Assembly (NCBI GenBank): GCA_963818475.1
Contig: CAWFSF010000005.1
Span: 192,001 to 256,000, forward strand
From: Nitrospirota bacterium
GTDB lineage: Bacteria > Nitrospirota > UBA9217
DNA length: 64,000 bases
Reading direction: 5' to 3'
This document shows positions 30,679 to 41,049 of this stretch, piece after piece (the stretch's first letter is position 1; each line of letters begins with the position of its first letter). The notes below the pieces were generated by a model. It was given only the letters and a program-made list of their open reading frames with translations. It was not told the DNA's origin and searched no databases. The position numbers and the translations under genes were made by a program.

Positions 30679-31326
30679 TTACTTCTTCTCCAGCTTCTTC
30701 CAGTCCGCCAGGAACTTCTCGATCCCGATGTCCGTGAGCGGATGCTTGACCAGCTGGTCGATCACGCTGAACGGTATCGTTGCGATGTGCGCGCCCACCA
30801 TGGCAGCGTCCACCACATGGAGCGGGTTCCGGACGCTGGCCACGATCACCTCGGTGGGATAGCCGTAGTTGTCGAATATCGTGACCATCTGCTCCACCAG
30901 GTCCATGCCGTAGTGGCTGATGTCGTCGAGCCTGCCCACGAAGGGACTGACGTATGCCGCGCCGACCTTGGCCGCAAGCAGCGCCTGGGAAGCGGAGAAC
31001 ACCAGGGTCATGTTCACCCTGATGCCTTTGTCAGCCAGCACCTTCGTCGCCTTGAGCCCGTCCTTGGTCATGGGGAGCTTCACCACGATGTTCTTGTGGA
31101 TCTTCGCCAGCTCCAGGCCCTCGACCACCATCTTGTCCGCTTCAAGGCTTACGGCCTCGGCGCTGATCGGGCCGTCGACGATCTCGCAGATCTCGGCGAT
31201 GACCTGCTTGAAATCCCTGCCCTCTTTGGCGATGAGCGAGGGATTGGTGGTGACCCCGTCAACCACGCCGAAGCTCGCCGCCTCGCGGATCTCTTTTACA
31301 TTCGCAGTATCGATAAAAAATTTCAT
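30679..31326 (-). CDS. tal: transaldolase (TalC/FSA family)
   Basis: [29 protein letters not shown]; Glu in ISAE and Phe in SPFVGR favour transaldolase over FSA. Confidence 0.92.
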   Translation of the reverse strand: MKFFIDTANVKEIREAASFGVVDGVTTNPSLIAKEGRDFKQVIAEICEIVDGPISAEAVSLEADKMVVEGLELAKIHKNIVVKLPMTKDGLKATKVLADKGIRVNMTLVFSASQALLAAKVGAAYVSPFVGRLDDISHYGMDLVEQMVTIFDNYGYPTEVIVASVRNPLHVVDAAMVGAHIATIPFSVIDQLVKHPLTDIGIEKFLADWKKLEKK

Positions 31327-31398
31327 GCTCGTTCCTTTCCAGTTCCTGTTAGTTTTTTCCTGAACCCTGGCCCCTGAACCCCGGACCCTGGACCCTAT

Positions 31399-32649
31399 TC
31401 ACTTCCGCATTGCCGCTGCAATCACCTGCACCGTATGCAGAACCACGGCGTCCGACCCGGCCCGCTTGAGCGATTCCGCCAGCTGCATGCGGCAGCCGGG
31501 ACAGCCCGTGACCACGACCGGCGCTGCCGTACCCATGAGGTCCTTTGCCCGGGCGTCGCCGATGGCATTGGAGAGACGGTGGTGGTTGATGCGCATGACG
31601 CCGCCGAACCCGCAGCACTTGCCGGGATGCGCTGCTTCGACAAGTTCGATCCCGGGAATGGACCGCAGCACGGACCGCGCCGTCTTCGCCAACCCCTGTC
31701 CCCTGCCAAGATGACAGGGCTCGTGCCAGGTCACGCGCTGCGTCAGCGTCCCCAGCGGAAGTGCGGGCATGACCTCTGCCAGCACTTCATGGATGTCCAG
31801 CACCGGCACCGGAGGCGCTCCCGAAAGCGCGAGCAGTGCAGGATATTCACTTTTGAAAGTCAAGCCGCAGGAGGCGCAGGCGGTCACCACCCGGTCTACC
31901 GAAAGCGACGCAAAGAGCCGCTGGTTCTGCTCCGCCACTGCCCGCGCCGCTTCACGGTCGCCGAGCGACAGGAGCGGCCTGCCGCAGCATGCGGCATCGT
32001 CAAGCACGACCACCTCGTACCCTGCCCGTTCAAGCACGGCAACGGCTGCAGTGCCGATGTCCGGCTGGAAGTGTTTGATGGCGCACCCCGGATAAAAAGC
32101 GATCCTGCCTTTTGCCCCAGTACTCTTCTTGTTCTCTCTTCCCGCCCCTCGCTCCTCAATCCGCAATCCAAAATCCGCAATCCGAAATCGTTTTCCTCCC
32201 TCCATACCCGCGTACCGCAGCACCACGGGCGCCAGCCAGGCCAGAGAGCGCATGATACGGTCATTCGTGAGCGCCGCTTCCACGAAGCGGCTGATGAGGC
32301 CGCGGCCGGAAGCGCGCACGGCGTCCTCTTTCGCAGCCTGAATGATGGCGGTCACGGGCACGTTGCTGGGGCAGGCGGTTTCGCAGGCAAGACAGGACGT
32401 GCAGGTCGCGAGGCGGTCCGTAAAGATCGCGGACAGGGGAAGCCGCTTGTCCAGCACGGCATGAATAAGCGCGATCCGACCCCGCGGTGAGAGCGACTCT
32501 TCGCGGTCAGGCTGAAAGGAAGGACAGACCGCCCGGCAGACGCCGCAGCGCACGCAGCGGTTGATGTCGGCGCGATGACCCTCCAGAGATGATTTGTCGT
32601 TTTTTCTCCGCCGCACTCTGAACTCCGCACTCCGAACCGCTGTGATCAC
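31399..32649 (-). CDS. (Fe-S)-binding CCG-domain protein, GlcF-like
   Basis: CVRCGVCRAVCP, CTSCLACETACP, two CCG domains. Confidence 0.88.
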   Translation of the reverse strand: MITAVRSAEFRVRRRKNDKSSLEGHRADINRCVRCGVCRAVCPSFQPDREESLSPRGRIALIHAVLDKRLPLSAIFTDRLATCTSCLACETACPSNVPVTAIIQAAKEDAVRASGRGLISRFVEAALTNDRIMRSLAWLAPVVLRYAGMEGGKRFRIADFGLRIEERGAGRENKKSTGAKGRIAFYPGCAIKHFQPDIGTAAVAVLERAGYEVVVLDDAACCGRPLLSLGDREAARAVAEQNQRLFASLSVDRVVTACASCGLTFKSEYPALLALSGAPPVPVLDIHEVLAEVMPALPLGTLTQRVTWHEPCHLGRGQGLAKTARSVLRSIPGIELVEAAHPGKCCGFGGVMRINHHRLSNAIGDARAKDLMGTAAPVVVTGCPGCRMQLAESLKRAGSDAVVLHTVQVIAAAMRK

Positions 32650-33275
32650 GGCAGCACCGTCACAGCCGTGCCGAGCGCCACGACGCTGAAGATCTCGTCC
32701 ACGTCGGCGTTTGCCAGCGCAATGCAGCCTTCGGTCCAGTTCATGACCTCGGGCGGGCCGGATGGAACGGGCACTGCGGTCCTCCCGTGGATGCCGATGG
32801 CGCCGCCAAGCCGGGTGCTCCAGGTCGGCGGCTGCCGCTCGTCAATGGCCTTTTTGATCTGGTCGTATTCCGCCCGGGTGATAAGGCGCTCCTGAAGCCC
32901 ATACCCGGCATGCTTGAGCCCGGGATAGCTGAGCCCCATGAACTTGTAGAAGCGTTTGCTGGAATTCATGGTGCAGATGTAAAAATCCCCTTCCGGCGTG
33001 CGCAGGTCCCCGGTCATCCGCTTATCGCCGTCGCCGTAGCCCCTGCCGAACACGGCCGGGTAGGTCTTCACCGGGGTCATGCCCTTGTACAGCGTCAGCG
33101 TGTACTGGGACTTCCAGATGACGAGCCGGGGCTCGCCGGGGAGCGCCGCGATCAGGGTGGCGAACGTCTCGGCCTTGCGGGCTGGCGTCCCGGGCAAAGG
33201 GGAGAGGCAGCTGAACAGCAGGAGCAGGACAACGAACCTGAGGAAAAAGAGGCTATGATCGATCAACCCTGCCAT
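32646..33275 (-). CDS. L,D-transpeptidase (YkuD) family protein
   Basis: GDLRTPEG, LSYP, IGIHG...WTEGCIAL. Confidence 0.85.
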   Translation of the reverse strand: MAGLIDHSLFFLRFVVLLLLFSCLSPLPGTPARKAETFATLIAALPGEPRLVIWKSQYTLTLYKGMTPVKTYPAVFGRGYGDGDKRMTGDLRTPEGDFYICTMNSSKRFYKFMGLSYPGLKHAGYGLQERLITRAEYDQIKKAIDERQPPTWSTRLGGAIGIHGRTAVPVPSGPPEVMNWTEGCIALANADVDEIFSVVALGTAVTVLP

Positions 33276-33289
33276 TGGTCGTTCCGGAG

Positions 33290-33547
33290 TCAGGTGCCGG
33301 ACTGCGCTTCGTGCTTGTTCGCGCAGTCTTCGCTGCAGAAGTAGATCAGGTTGCCCTTGATACGGCGCGCTATGGCGCGGTCCTTGATCACGTAGGTGCG
33401 GCATTGCGGATCGAGCACCATCTCTGCGCCACGGACCTGCGCCTTGCGCTCCCCGTCATGGTACGCCCGGCCGGCCGCGCGGAGCACCGTTTTAATGGCG
33501 GAGTAGACCAGCATGGCCAGAAAAAAAATAAACAGGGCGCGTATCAT
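33290..33547 (-). CDS. YHS-domain membrane-anchored protein
   Basis: EMVLDPQCRTYV...YFCSEDC. Confidence 0.8.
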   Translation of the reverse strand: MIRALFIFFLAMLVYSAIKTVLRAAGRAYHDGERKAQVRGAEMVLDPQCRTYVIKDRAIARRIKGNLIYFCSEDCANKHEAQSGT

Positions 33548-34135
33548 CGGGCATCCTTCCGTGCAATCTCGCCGAACTTCACGATGCAGTGTTTCATGTA
33601 TTCGGCCTCGACATGGTGGGGTGATATATGGAGCAGTTCCTGCCAGACGCGGATGGCGGCAGGGTAGTCCTTTTTGTCGTAGGCATACACGATCCCCATG
33701 TGGAACCGTCGCGTTCTGGTGCAAGGGATCATCGTCCACTGCCTTGCGGAACTCGCCAAGCGCCCGGTCAATCTGCCCGGCGCTCCGGAAGGCAATGCCC
33801 AGGTCCGCATGGAGATCTGCGTTGTGCGGATCGATCCGGAGCGCATGCTCATACAGCGTGATCGCTTTATTCCACTCGTTGCCGCCGGCGTAGGCATGGG
33901 CAAGCGCGATGAGACTGGCAAGATTGTTCGGATCTTCGGCAAGAATGGTTTTGTATTCTTCGATAAGTCCGTAATAGTACGGGAGTTGCTGCTCTGTCGT
34001 TGCCTCGTGCGCAGGGACGACAGCCGGCCGCACCTGCTCCCGGGGCCGGTCGCATCCCATGCCGAGGGCGATCACGAGGAGGAAAATGATTGTACTGTTC
34101 GTTGCCTGCATGGACCGCCTGTCTGCTCTGTTCAT
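33544..34135 (-). CDS. TPR-repeat lipoprotein (frameshift near 33710)
   Basis: LGMGC lipobox-like motif; TPR repeats. Confidence 0.75.
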
Positions 34136-34185
34136 GAGCGTGCCGTCAAAGGGGCCGGCGCTCTGCTCCGGGAAAACCGGGGAGA

Positions 34186-35747
34186 TCAATGCCGGAAGTG
34201 CCGCATCCCCGTCATGACCATGGCGAGGCCATGCTCGTTCGCGGCCTTGATCACCTCTTCATCCTTGAGCGACCCGCCGGGCTGGATCACCGCGGTGATG
34301 CCGGCCTTGGCCGCCTCGTCCAGTCCGTCGCGGAACGGGAAGAACGCATCCGACGCGAGCACGCTCCCCTTGAGCGGGGACTGGGCCTTCATCACGGCGA
34401 TGCGCACGGAATCAAGACGGCTCATCTGGCCCGCGCCGATGCCGAGGGTGCGGTCGCGCGTGGCAAAGATGATGGCGTTCGACTTGACGTGCTTGCATAC
34501 CTTCCAGGCGAAGGCCAGCGCCTCGTATTCTGTCGTCGGTGGGCTTGCGCTTCGTCGCCACCGTGAGCGTCCTGATGTCCGCGATCTTCCCGAGGTCGCG
34601 GTCCTGATAGATGAGGCCGCCCGTGATCTTCTTGAGGTCCATGCCCTCGGGCGTCCCGGTGATCATCGGGCCGATATCAAGAAGCCGCAGGTCCTTCTTC
34701 CGCTTGAGCTCATCGAGCGCATCAGGCGCGAACTCCGGCGCCACGACCACCTCGACGAAGGTCGCGGTGATCTCCTTTGCCGTTTCGAGGTCCACCAGGT
34801 GGTTGAAGGCGATGACGCCGCCGAATGCCGAGACCGGATCGCAGTCGCGCGCTTTGCGGTAGGCATCGGCCAGGGACGTCCCGGTTGCCGCGCCGCAGGG
34901 ATTGTTATGCTTTACGATCACCGCCGCGACCTGGCCATACTCTTTCACGAGCTCGAGCGCGCTGTTGGCGTCAAGAAAGTTGTTAAAGGACATCTCCTTG
35001 CCCTGGAGCTGCCGTGCGTTCGCCACGGAGGGTTCTTTGCGCCCGAATTCCCTGTAGAAGGCGCCCTGCTGGTGCGGGTTCTCGCCGTAGCGCAGGTTCT
35101 GCACCTTTTCGAACTGGAGCGTCAGGATGTTGGGGAAGCGCGTCTTTTCGTCGGCCGGCACCTGGTTGTCGAGCCAGGCCGAGATGGCGCTGTCATAGCG
35201 CGCCGTGTGCAGGAAAACGGTGCGGCAGAGCTCGAAACGGGTCTTTAAGGACACCTCGCCGGTCCGCTGCAGCTCGTCGAGCACCCGGCCGTAGTCGCGG
35301 GGCGAGACCACCACGGCCACGTCGGTATAGTTCTTGGCAGCCGAGCGCAGCATGGTCGGGCCGCCGATGTCGATGTTCTCGATGGCGTCCTCGAGGGTGC
35401 AGCCGGGCTTTGCCACGGTCTGCTCGAAGGGATAGAGGTTCACGACCACGAGGTCGATGGGCTCGATGCCATGCTCTTTCCACTGCTTCATGTGCTCGGG
35501 ATTGTTCCGCCGCCCCAGCAGCCCTCCATGCACCTTCGGATGCAGGGTCTTGACCCTGCCGTCCAGCATTTCGGGAAATCCCGTGAACTCCGACACGTCC
35601 TTGACCTTCACGCCGCCGTCCCGGAGCAGCTTGGCCGTTCCTCCGGTCGACAGGATCTCGATCCCGAGCTTTTCGATCCCTTTGGCAAAATCAAGGACAC
35701 CTTCTTTGTGAGAAACACTGATGAGCGCGCGCGTCGACTTTGCCCAC
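34186..35747 (-). CDS. purH: bifunctional AICAR formyltransferase/IMP cyclohydrolase (frameshifts)
   Basis: [52 protein letters not shown]. Confidence 0.95.
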
Positions 35748-36027
35748 GGGAACCCTCCTGTTAACCGGTTAAGATGGATGAAAGCAGGGGAATAGTAACC
35801 GAAAATGCTCATGAAGTCAATGAACACCTGCAGCATTGATCATCATGCAGCCCGGCCCTTGATCAGGGCAAGCACCGGCTTCGCCGGACAGCCATGAATT
35901 TCGTTGTTGAATCCGGTTTTTTGTTATGGTATATTGAACAACACTTTTTTCCTTATTTTCCCGCAGGAAGGCGCATACCAACACACCAGGATGTACGCCG
36001 ACTGCCATCTCCGAGCAGTGCTTGAGA

Positions 36028-37145
36028 ATGTACAGGGGGCAACTTGATATCAGGATCAAAACTGAAACCACTCATTATTAAAGGTAAAAAAATACCCATT
36101 CCGAGTCATACAGGGAGGAATGGGCGTTGGCGTCTCGCTGTTCCCGCTGGCCAGTGCAGTTGCCCGGGAAGGCGGCGCCGGCCTTGTTTCGAGCGCCTGC
36201 CTGGACCGGCTGGTTTCAAAACGGACCGGCAAAAAGTTCAATGCCTACGAAGCCGCATACGAAGAAGTATCCCGCGCCAAGGAAGGCGGTTATGCCGGCA
36301 TCAACATCATGTGGGCACTGTTCCGGGATTACAACGACTCGGTAAAGGGCGCCCTCGATGCAGGGGCTGATGCGATCATCTCCGGAGCTGGCCTGCCGCT
36401 GAACCTCCCGGCGATCCAGCCGCCCAAGGACACCGCGCTCATTCCGATCGTATCCTCGGCCCGTGCGCTCGAGATCATCTGCAAAAAATGGGAAAAGCTG
36501 GGCTACCGGCCTGATGCCGTGGTGCTCGAAGGCCCCCTTGCCGGCGGACACCTCGGGTTCCGCATCGACGACGTGGAACTCGAAAGCAACAAGCTCGAGA
36601 ATTTGTTTCCGTCGGTCAAGGACATGGCGCTGAAATACGGCGACATTCCCGTCATCGTTGCCGGCGGCATCTATACCCACGAGGACATCGTCCGCTACCA
36701 GGCCATGGGAGCCGCAGGCGTCCAGATGGGAACGCGGTTCCTGGCCACCGAGGAAAGCAGCGCATCCGCAGCCTTCAAGCAGGCCGTGGTCGCTGCCAAA
36801 GACGAGGACATTGTCGTGGCGCACCGTCCCGGATCTCCCTGCGGCCTTCCCTTCCGCGTCATCAAACAGTCCCCCATGTATGTATCGGCGCTCAAGCGGC
36901 TCAGGAAACCAAAATGCGACAAGGGGTACGTGCTCCAACGGGACGCTGAAGGCAAATACACGGTCTGCGGCGCCAAGGAAAGCAATGAGAACTTTTTCTG
37001 CATCTGCAACGGACTTCTGAGCTCCGGAGGATATAATACGGACCAGGAAGAGGCGCTGTACACCGTAGGAACGAATGCGTCGCACGTTGACCGCATCCTT
37101 TCGGTCAAAGAGCTGATGCGGGAGCTTTCGGGCAAGGCTGAATAA
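36028..37145 (+). CDS. nitronate monooxygenase/FabK-like flavin oxidoreductase (5' frameshifts)
   Basis: IQGGMGVGVS, SGAGLP, EGPLAGGHLG, VQMGTRF. Confidence 0.88.
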
Positions 37146-37408
37146 CCTGATCTGAACGATAAGCTTTGGTCCCCGGAATATCTCCTGGATATCATCGATG
37201 TTATTTGCCGTCTGTTTGAACAAGGACGTTCCTGCAGGCGGGGTTGAGATGGGGCGCTATTCCTGAGCACCTCCCGTCGCTTTCTCGGTATCAGGATAAA
37301 TTCCCTGTTGTATAATGATTTATTTCCTCCTGCTGGCCATAGCCGCCATCCACACTGAGTGAACCCGACGCCACCCTGAGAATGAGATAAAAACGAGGAA
37401 ACGCCCGC

Positions 37409-38944
37409 ATGAGCCAGCTCGACAAACTGATCGAACGACTGCAGCCCCAGCAAGAGATCCTTCTCGAAACAGGGAAAGAACCGATGATGCGCACGCGGCT
37501 CGGCACCAAAGCGATGCTCAACCAGGTGCTTTCTACGCCCCAGATCATTGCGCTCCTGACCGAGATCGCGCCTGCTGACCAAAAGCAGAACCTTACTCAA
37601 AAAAAAGCAACGAACTTCGCGTACCAGTATAACGCCAAGGCTCACACCATCATGTTCATGGCCCAGGGAGAACAGGTCCGGGCGGTGATCTCGCAGGCGG
37701 ACGGCGCCAAACCGGTTGTCGAGCCGGAGATCGAGCCCGAAAGCGATTCCGGGATCGAACCTGACTTTGAACCCGAGGTCATTACGGAGGAGCCTGAATT
37801 TCCTGCGTCCCCGGCCCCTGCGCCTAGAGCCAAACCAGCGGCCGGAGGTCCCGAACCGGAGATCAACGTCCTGCTCCGGAAGATGTTCGGCATGAACGCG
37901 TCGGACCTCCACATCACCTCGAACCACAAGCCCATGATCCGGTTGCACGGCGACATGATGGAGCTTGCCGACCAGCCGGCCATCAGCCCGGAGCGGATGA
38001 AGAAGCTGATCTACCCCATCATGCCGCCCCACAACGCGACCCAGTATGAGGACACCAACGATACGGACTTCGCTCACGAGATCCCGGGCCTGGCGCGCTT
38101 CCGCGTCAATGTGTTCAGGGACCGTTTCGGGCTCGGCGGCGTGTTCCGGCAGATCCCCATGGAGATCGTGACCGCCGAGAAGCTCGGCCTCTCCAAGGAA
38201 ATCCTCGACCTCTGCTTCCTGAGCAAAGGCCTCGTCCTGGTTACGGGCCCCACGGGATCGGGCAAATCGACGACGCTCTGCGCACTCGTGGACTTCATCA
38301 ACCGCAACCGCAAGGACCACATCATCACTATCGAGGACCCCATCGAGTTCGTGCATCCGAAGAAGAACTGCCTCATCAACCAGCGCGAGGTGCACGTCCA
38401 CACCAAGTCATTCAGCAACGCACTCCGGGCCGCGCTCCGCGAGGACCCCGACATCGTGCTCGTAGGAGAGATGCGCGACCTCGAGACCATCGGCATCGCC
38501 ATCGAGACGGCGGAAACGGGCCATCTGGTGTTCGGCACGCTCCATACCACCACCGCGGCGTCCACCGTGGACCGCATCATCGACCAGTTCCCTGCGGACC
38601 GGCAGTCTCAGATCAGGACCATGCTGGCCAGCTCGCTCAAGGGGGTCATCTCCCAGACGCTCTGCAAAACGGGCAAGGGCCGCATCGCGGCAATGGAAGT
38701 CCTGCTCGTGAACAGCGCCGTGTCAAACCTCATCCGCGAAGGCAAGATTTACCAGATCCCCTCGATCATGCAGACCGCTAAGGGGCAGGGCATGGTCATG
38801 CTGAACGATGCACTGTTCAAGCTCGTGGTCGACAAGCAGGTCGCCCCTGAGGAGGCCTATGTCAAAGCCATCGACAAGCAGGGCCTTCTGACCATGTTCA
38901 AGAGCAAGGCCATTTCAGTCAAGCTTTCGGGCATGGCGGAATAG
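37409..38944 (+). CDS. pilT: type IV pilus retraction ATPase PilT with N-terminal extension
   Basis: ASDLHI, GPTGSGKSTT, TIEDPIE, ALREDPD, GEMRD, GTLHT. Confidence 0.92.
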   Translation: MSQLDKLIERLQPQQEILLETGKEPMMRTRLGTKAMLNQVLSTPQIIALLTEIAPADQKQNLTQKKATNFAYQYNAKAHTIMFMAQGEQVRAVISQADGAKPVVEPEIEPESDSGIEPDFEPEVITEEPEFPASPAPAPRAKPAAGGPEPEINVLLRKMFGMNASDLHITSNHKPMIRLHGDMMELADQPAISPERMKKLIYPIMPPHNATQYEDTNDTDFAHEIPGLARFRVNVFRDRFGLGGVFRQIPMEIVTAEKLGLSKEILDLCFLSKGLVLVTGPTGSGKSTTLCALVDFINRNRKDHIITIEDPIEFVHPKKNCLINQREVHVHTKSFSNALRAALREDPDIVLVGEMRDLETIGIAIETAETGHLVFGTLHTTTAASTVDRIIDQFPADRQSQIRTMLASSLKGVISQTLCKTGKGRIAAMEVLLVNSAVSNLIREGKIYQIPSIMQTAKGQGMVMLNDALFKLVVDKQVAPEEAYVKAIDKQGLLTMFKSKAISVKLSGMAE

Positions 38945-38962
38945 CGGGCGGAGGATGCACTG

Positions 38963-39430
38963 ATGACGATGAAGCATGAGTTCGCGGTACCCAAGGACAA
39001 ACAGCCGGTGACGGTCCACCTCGTCGGCGGCGAGGCCAGGACCGGGAACATCTTTCTCGAATACTTTCCCGAGGCATTGACCCTGCACCAGAAGGTCAAG
39101 ATGTTCCTGGAGGACGCCAACCGGTTCTTTCCACTCACTGCCGAGGGCATGCCCCCCACGTTCATCAACAAGGAACGTGTCAGCATCCTGGAAGTGGCGA
39201 TCTCAGACGAGGAGCCGGCCTACCATCTCATGCATATCGAGGACATCACCACGCAGTTCACCGACGGCTCCGCACTGAGCGGCGAGCTCCTGGCGGAAGT
39301 GCCGAAGGAAAAAGCGCGGCTGTCTGACTGCCTCAACCTGCCAGAAGCATTCCTGAGCGTAAAAAGAGGAAAGACCATTTGCTACCTTAATAAAACCACC
39401 ATTCAGACGGTCGTCTACTCGAGGGGGTAA
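38963..39430 (+). CDS. hypothetical protein with internal duplication
   Basis: GGAGG RBS; two similar halves ending FINKERV and YLNKTTI. Confidence 0.75.
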   Translation: MTMKHEFAVPKDKQPVTVHLVGGEARTGNIFLEYFPEALTLHQKVKMFLEDANRFFPLTAEGMPPTFINKERVSILEVAISDEEPAYHLMHIEDITTQFTDGSALSGELLAEVPKEKARLSDCLNLPEAFLSVKRGKTICYLNKTTIQTVVYSRG

Positions 39431-39647
39431 TGCCCCGGTGATCCGGTTATCCGACGAACTGCCCTGCCCCCCGCCTCCCTCGTTTGATCCTGACCTGAAC
39501 AAGCCAGAACTAAACCTTGGAACCGCGAAGGCGCAAGGGTCGCGAAAGAAATCTTGGAGCTCCTGTATTAAAGCCAATACTTTTGTTCTTGACGTCCTCG
39601 CGTCCCTCGCGCCTCCGTGGTAATTTTTTTTCCATTCTTGCAAAATT

Positions 39648-40796
39648 CTATTCACCGAATGCAGCAGTTCCTTGATCAGTCTTTCCGGAACCGCCGCGCC
39701 GCATGATCACGCGGGTCCCCTTCTCCACCTTGAACCGTTTGCCCTCGTCCCGCAGGTCGTCAAAAACAGCGATATCACCGCGCCGTAGTCCGGAATAGGC
39801 CTGATTCTGCGGGCTCGCGTCCTTATCAAGCCGGGTGATCAGCTTTCGTCCCGCGGCGCCGCAGACATAGTACTCGGCCTTTCCTTTTGAGACGAGCGGT
39901 TCGCTCACCACGCGAAAGGCTTCCACGCCATACACCTCGGAAAGCGAGATCCCGTCCAGCCGCAGCACCAGATAGGAGAATTTGAGCGCGTCTTTGCGCA
40001 AGCCGGTCAGTCTGTCGAGCGCGCGGACCAGGGGAGGCGCTTCCCAGGGGATATCTTCATGGCACCAGTCCTTCGGATTAAGGAGCGCGGGACAGGCTTC
40101 CGGTCTGAGGCAGGGAGCATAGACCGTGAACCCCTGTTCGTGGAGCGCGTCCCGGACCAGCAGCAGGTCGCGCGATGTCCCCTGCAGCGCAGGCTCGATA
40201 ATGATACAGCTGCCGTCCGATTTCAGGAAGGTTCTCAGCAGATGCGCCAGGAGTTCCGTGCGCCGGGAAAGTTTCGCTGCATCCTGTGAGTAAAGCTCAT
40301 TGAGGAGGTTTGACAGCATGATGATATCGTAACGGCCGTCCAGTCCGGCTCCGACCCTGTCGATCGTGGAATGAACTGTGGTGAACGTGGAGACGGCAGC
40401 ATATCCCTGCTGCAGGTTCGAAAAAAGCCGGGCCGCTTCCTTGAGGTTCTCGGCCACCTGGTCCTGGGCAAAGAACTCCAGGATGGGCCGATGGTCCTGC
40501 TGCGAGAAAAAATCGAGTGCGCCGAGCACAGCTGTTCCCGGCCCGGACCCCAGGTCGAGGATCCTGAGCCGCTCCTTCCGGAGCACCTCCCGGGGATGGA
40601 GCGAAAGCTCGGTCAGGGCAAGCCGGATTTTAGCGCGATTCGGCGGAAGAAAATACGTCTGGTAGGCCTTGCGCAGGGCGGCGTCGTTCAGATAGGCCGC
40701 CGGGAGCTCGCTGCGGTCTTTGGTGAGCAGCTTCGAGAGGCGCAGGATGTCAGTCGCAAGCGTCTGGAGGGCAGCCGGCGACATCTGCTCAGGCAT
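39648..40796 (-). CDS. Rsm22-family SAM-dependent methyltransferase
   Basis: ILDLGSGPGT, IIEPA, APC...CP...DWCH, FSYLVL. Confidence 0.85.
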   Translation of the reverse strand: MPEQMSPAALQTLATDILRLSKLLTKDRSELPAAYLNDAALRKAYQTYFLPPNRAKIRLALTELSLHPREVLRKERLRILDLGSGPGTAVLGALDFFSQQDHRPILEFFAQDQVAENLKEAARLFSNLQQGYAAVSTFTTVHSTIDRVGAGLDGRYDIIMLSNLLNELYSQDAAKLSRRTELLAHLLRTFLKSDGSCIIIEPALQGTSRDLLLVRDALHEQGFTVYAPCLRPEACPALLNPKDWCHEDIPWEAPPLVRALDRLTGLRKDALKFSYLVLRLDGISLSEVYGVEAFRVVSEPLVSKGKAEYYVCGAAGRKLITRLDKDASPQNQAYSGLRRGDIAVFDDLRDEGKRFKVEKGTRVIMRRGGSGKTDQGTAAFGE

Positions 40797-41049
40797 GACG
40801 CCTGGACCCCGCGTTGGTTTGTGTGGATCCTTCACTCTGCACCCCCTCCCCGGCCTTATACCATGTTCCGGACACCATTGTAAACGCGAAACTCCCGTAT
40901 AGTCGGCATTGTTAAGCCCGGGTGCGCAAGATAAAAAATTTGACAATAACGATTTTTCACGTAGAATTACGGCAGCATTTCGTTGCAACTCTCATTTCAC
41001 GGCGTTTCGTTCAATCCCGCCGGAGCCAACACCTTTTCAGGGTAGTCTT

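Noticed and set aside
34186-35747. Frameshifts in purH (also thrC, metB, pirin, ligD, ku, SRPBCC, TPR and RHS) as programmed frameshifting or pseudogenes
   Set aside because: Single-base indels are scattered through essential genes with no slippery-site pattern, which is best explained by long-read consensus errors
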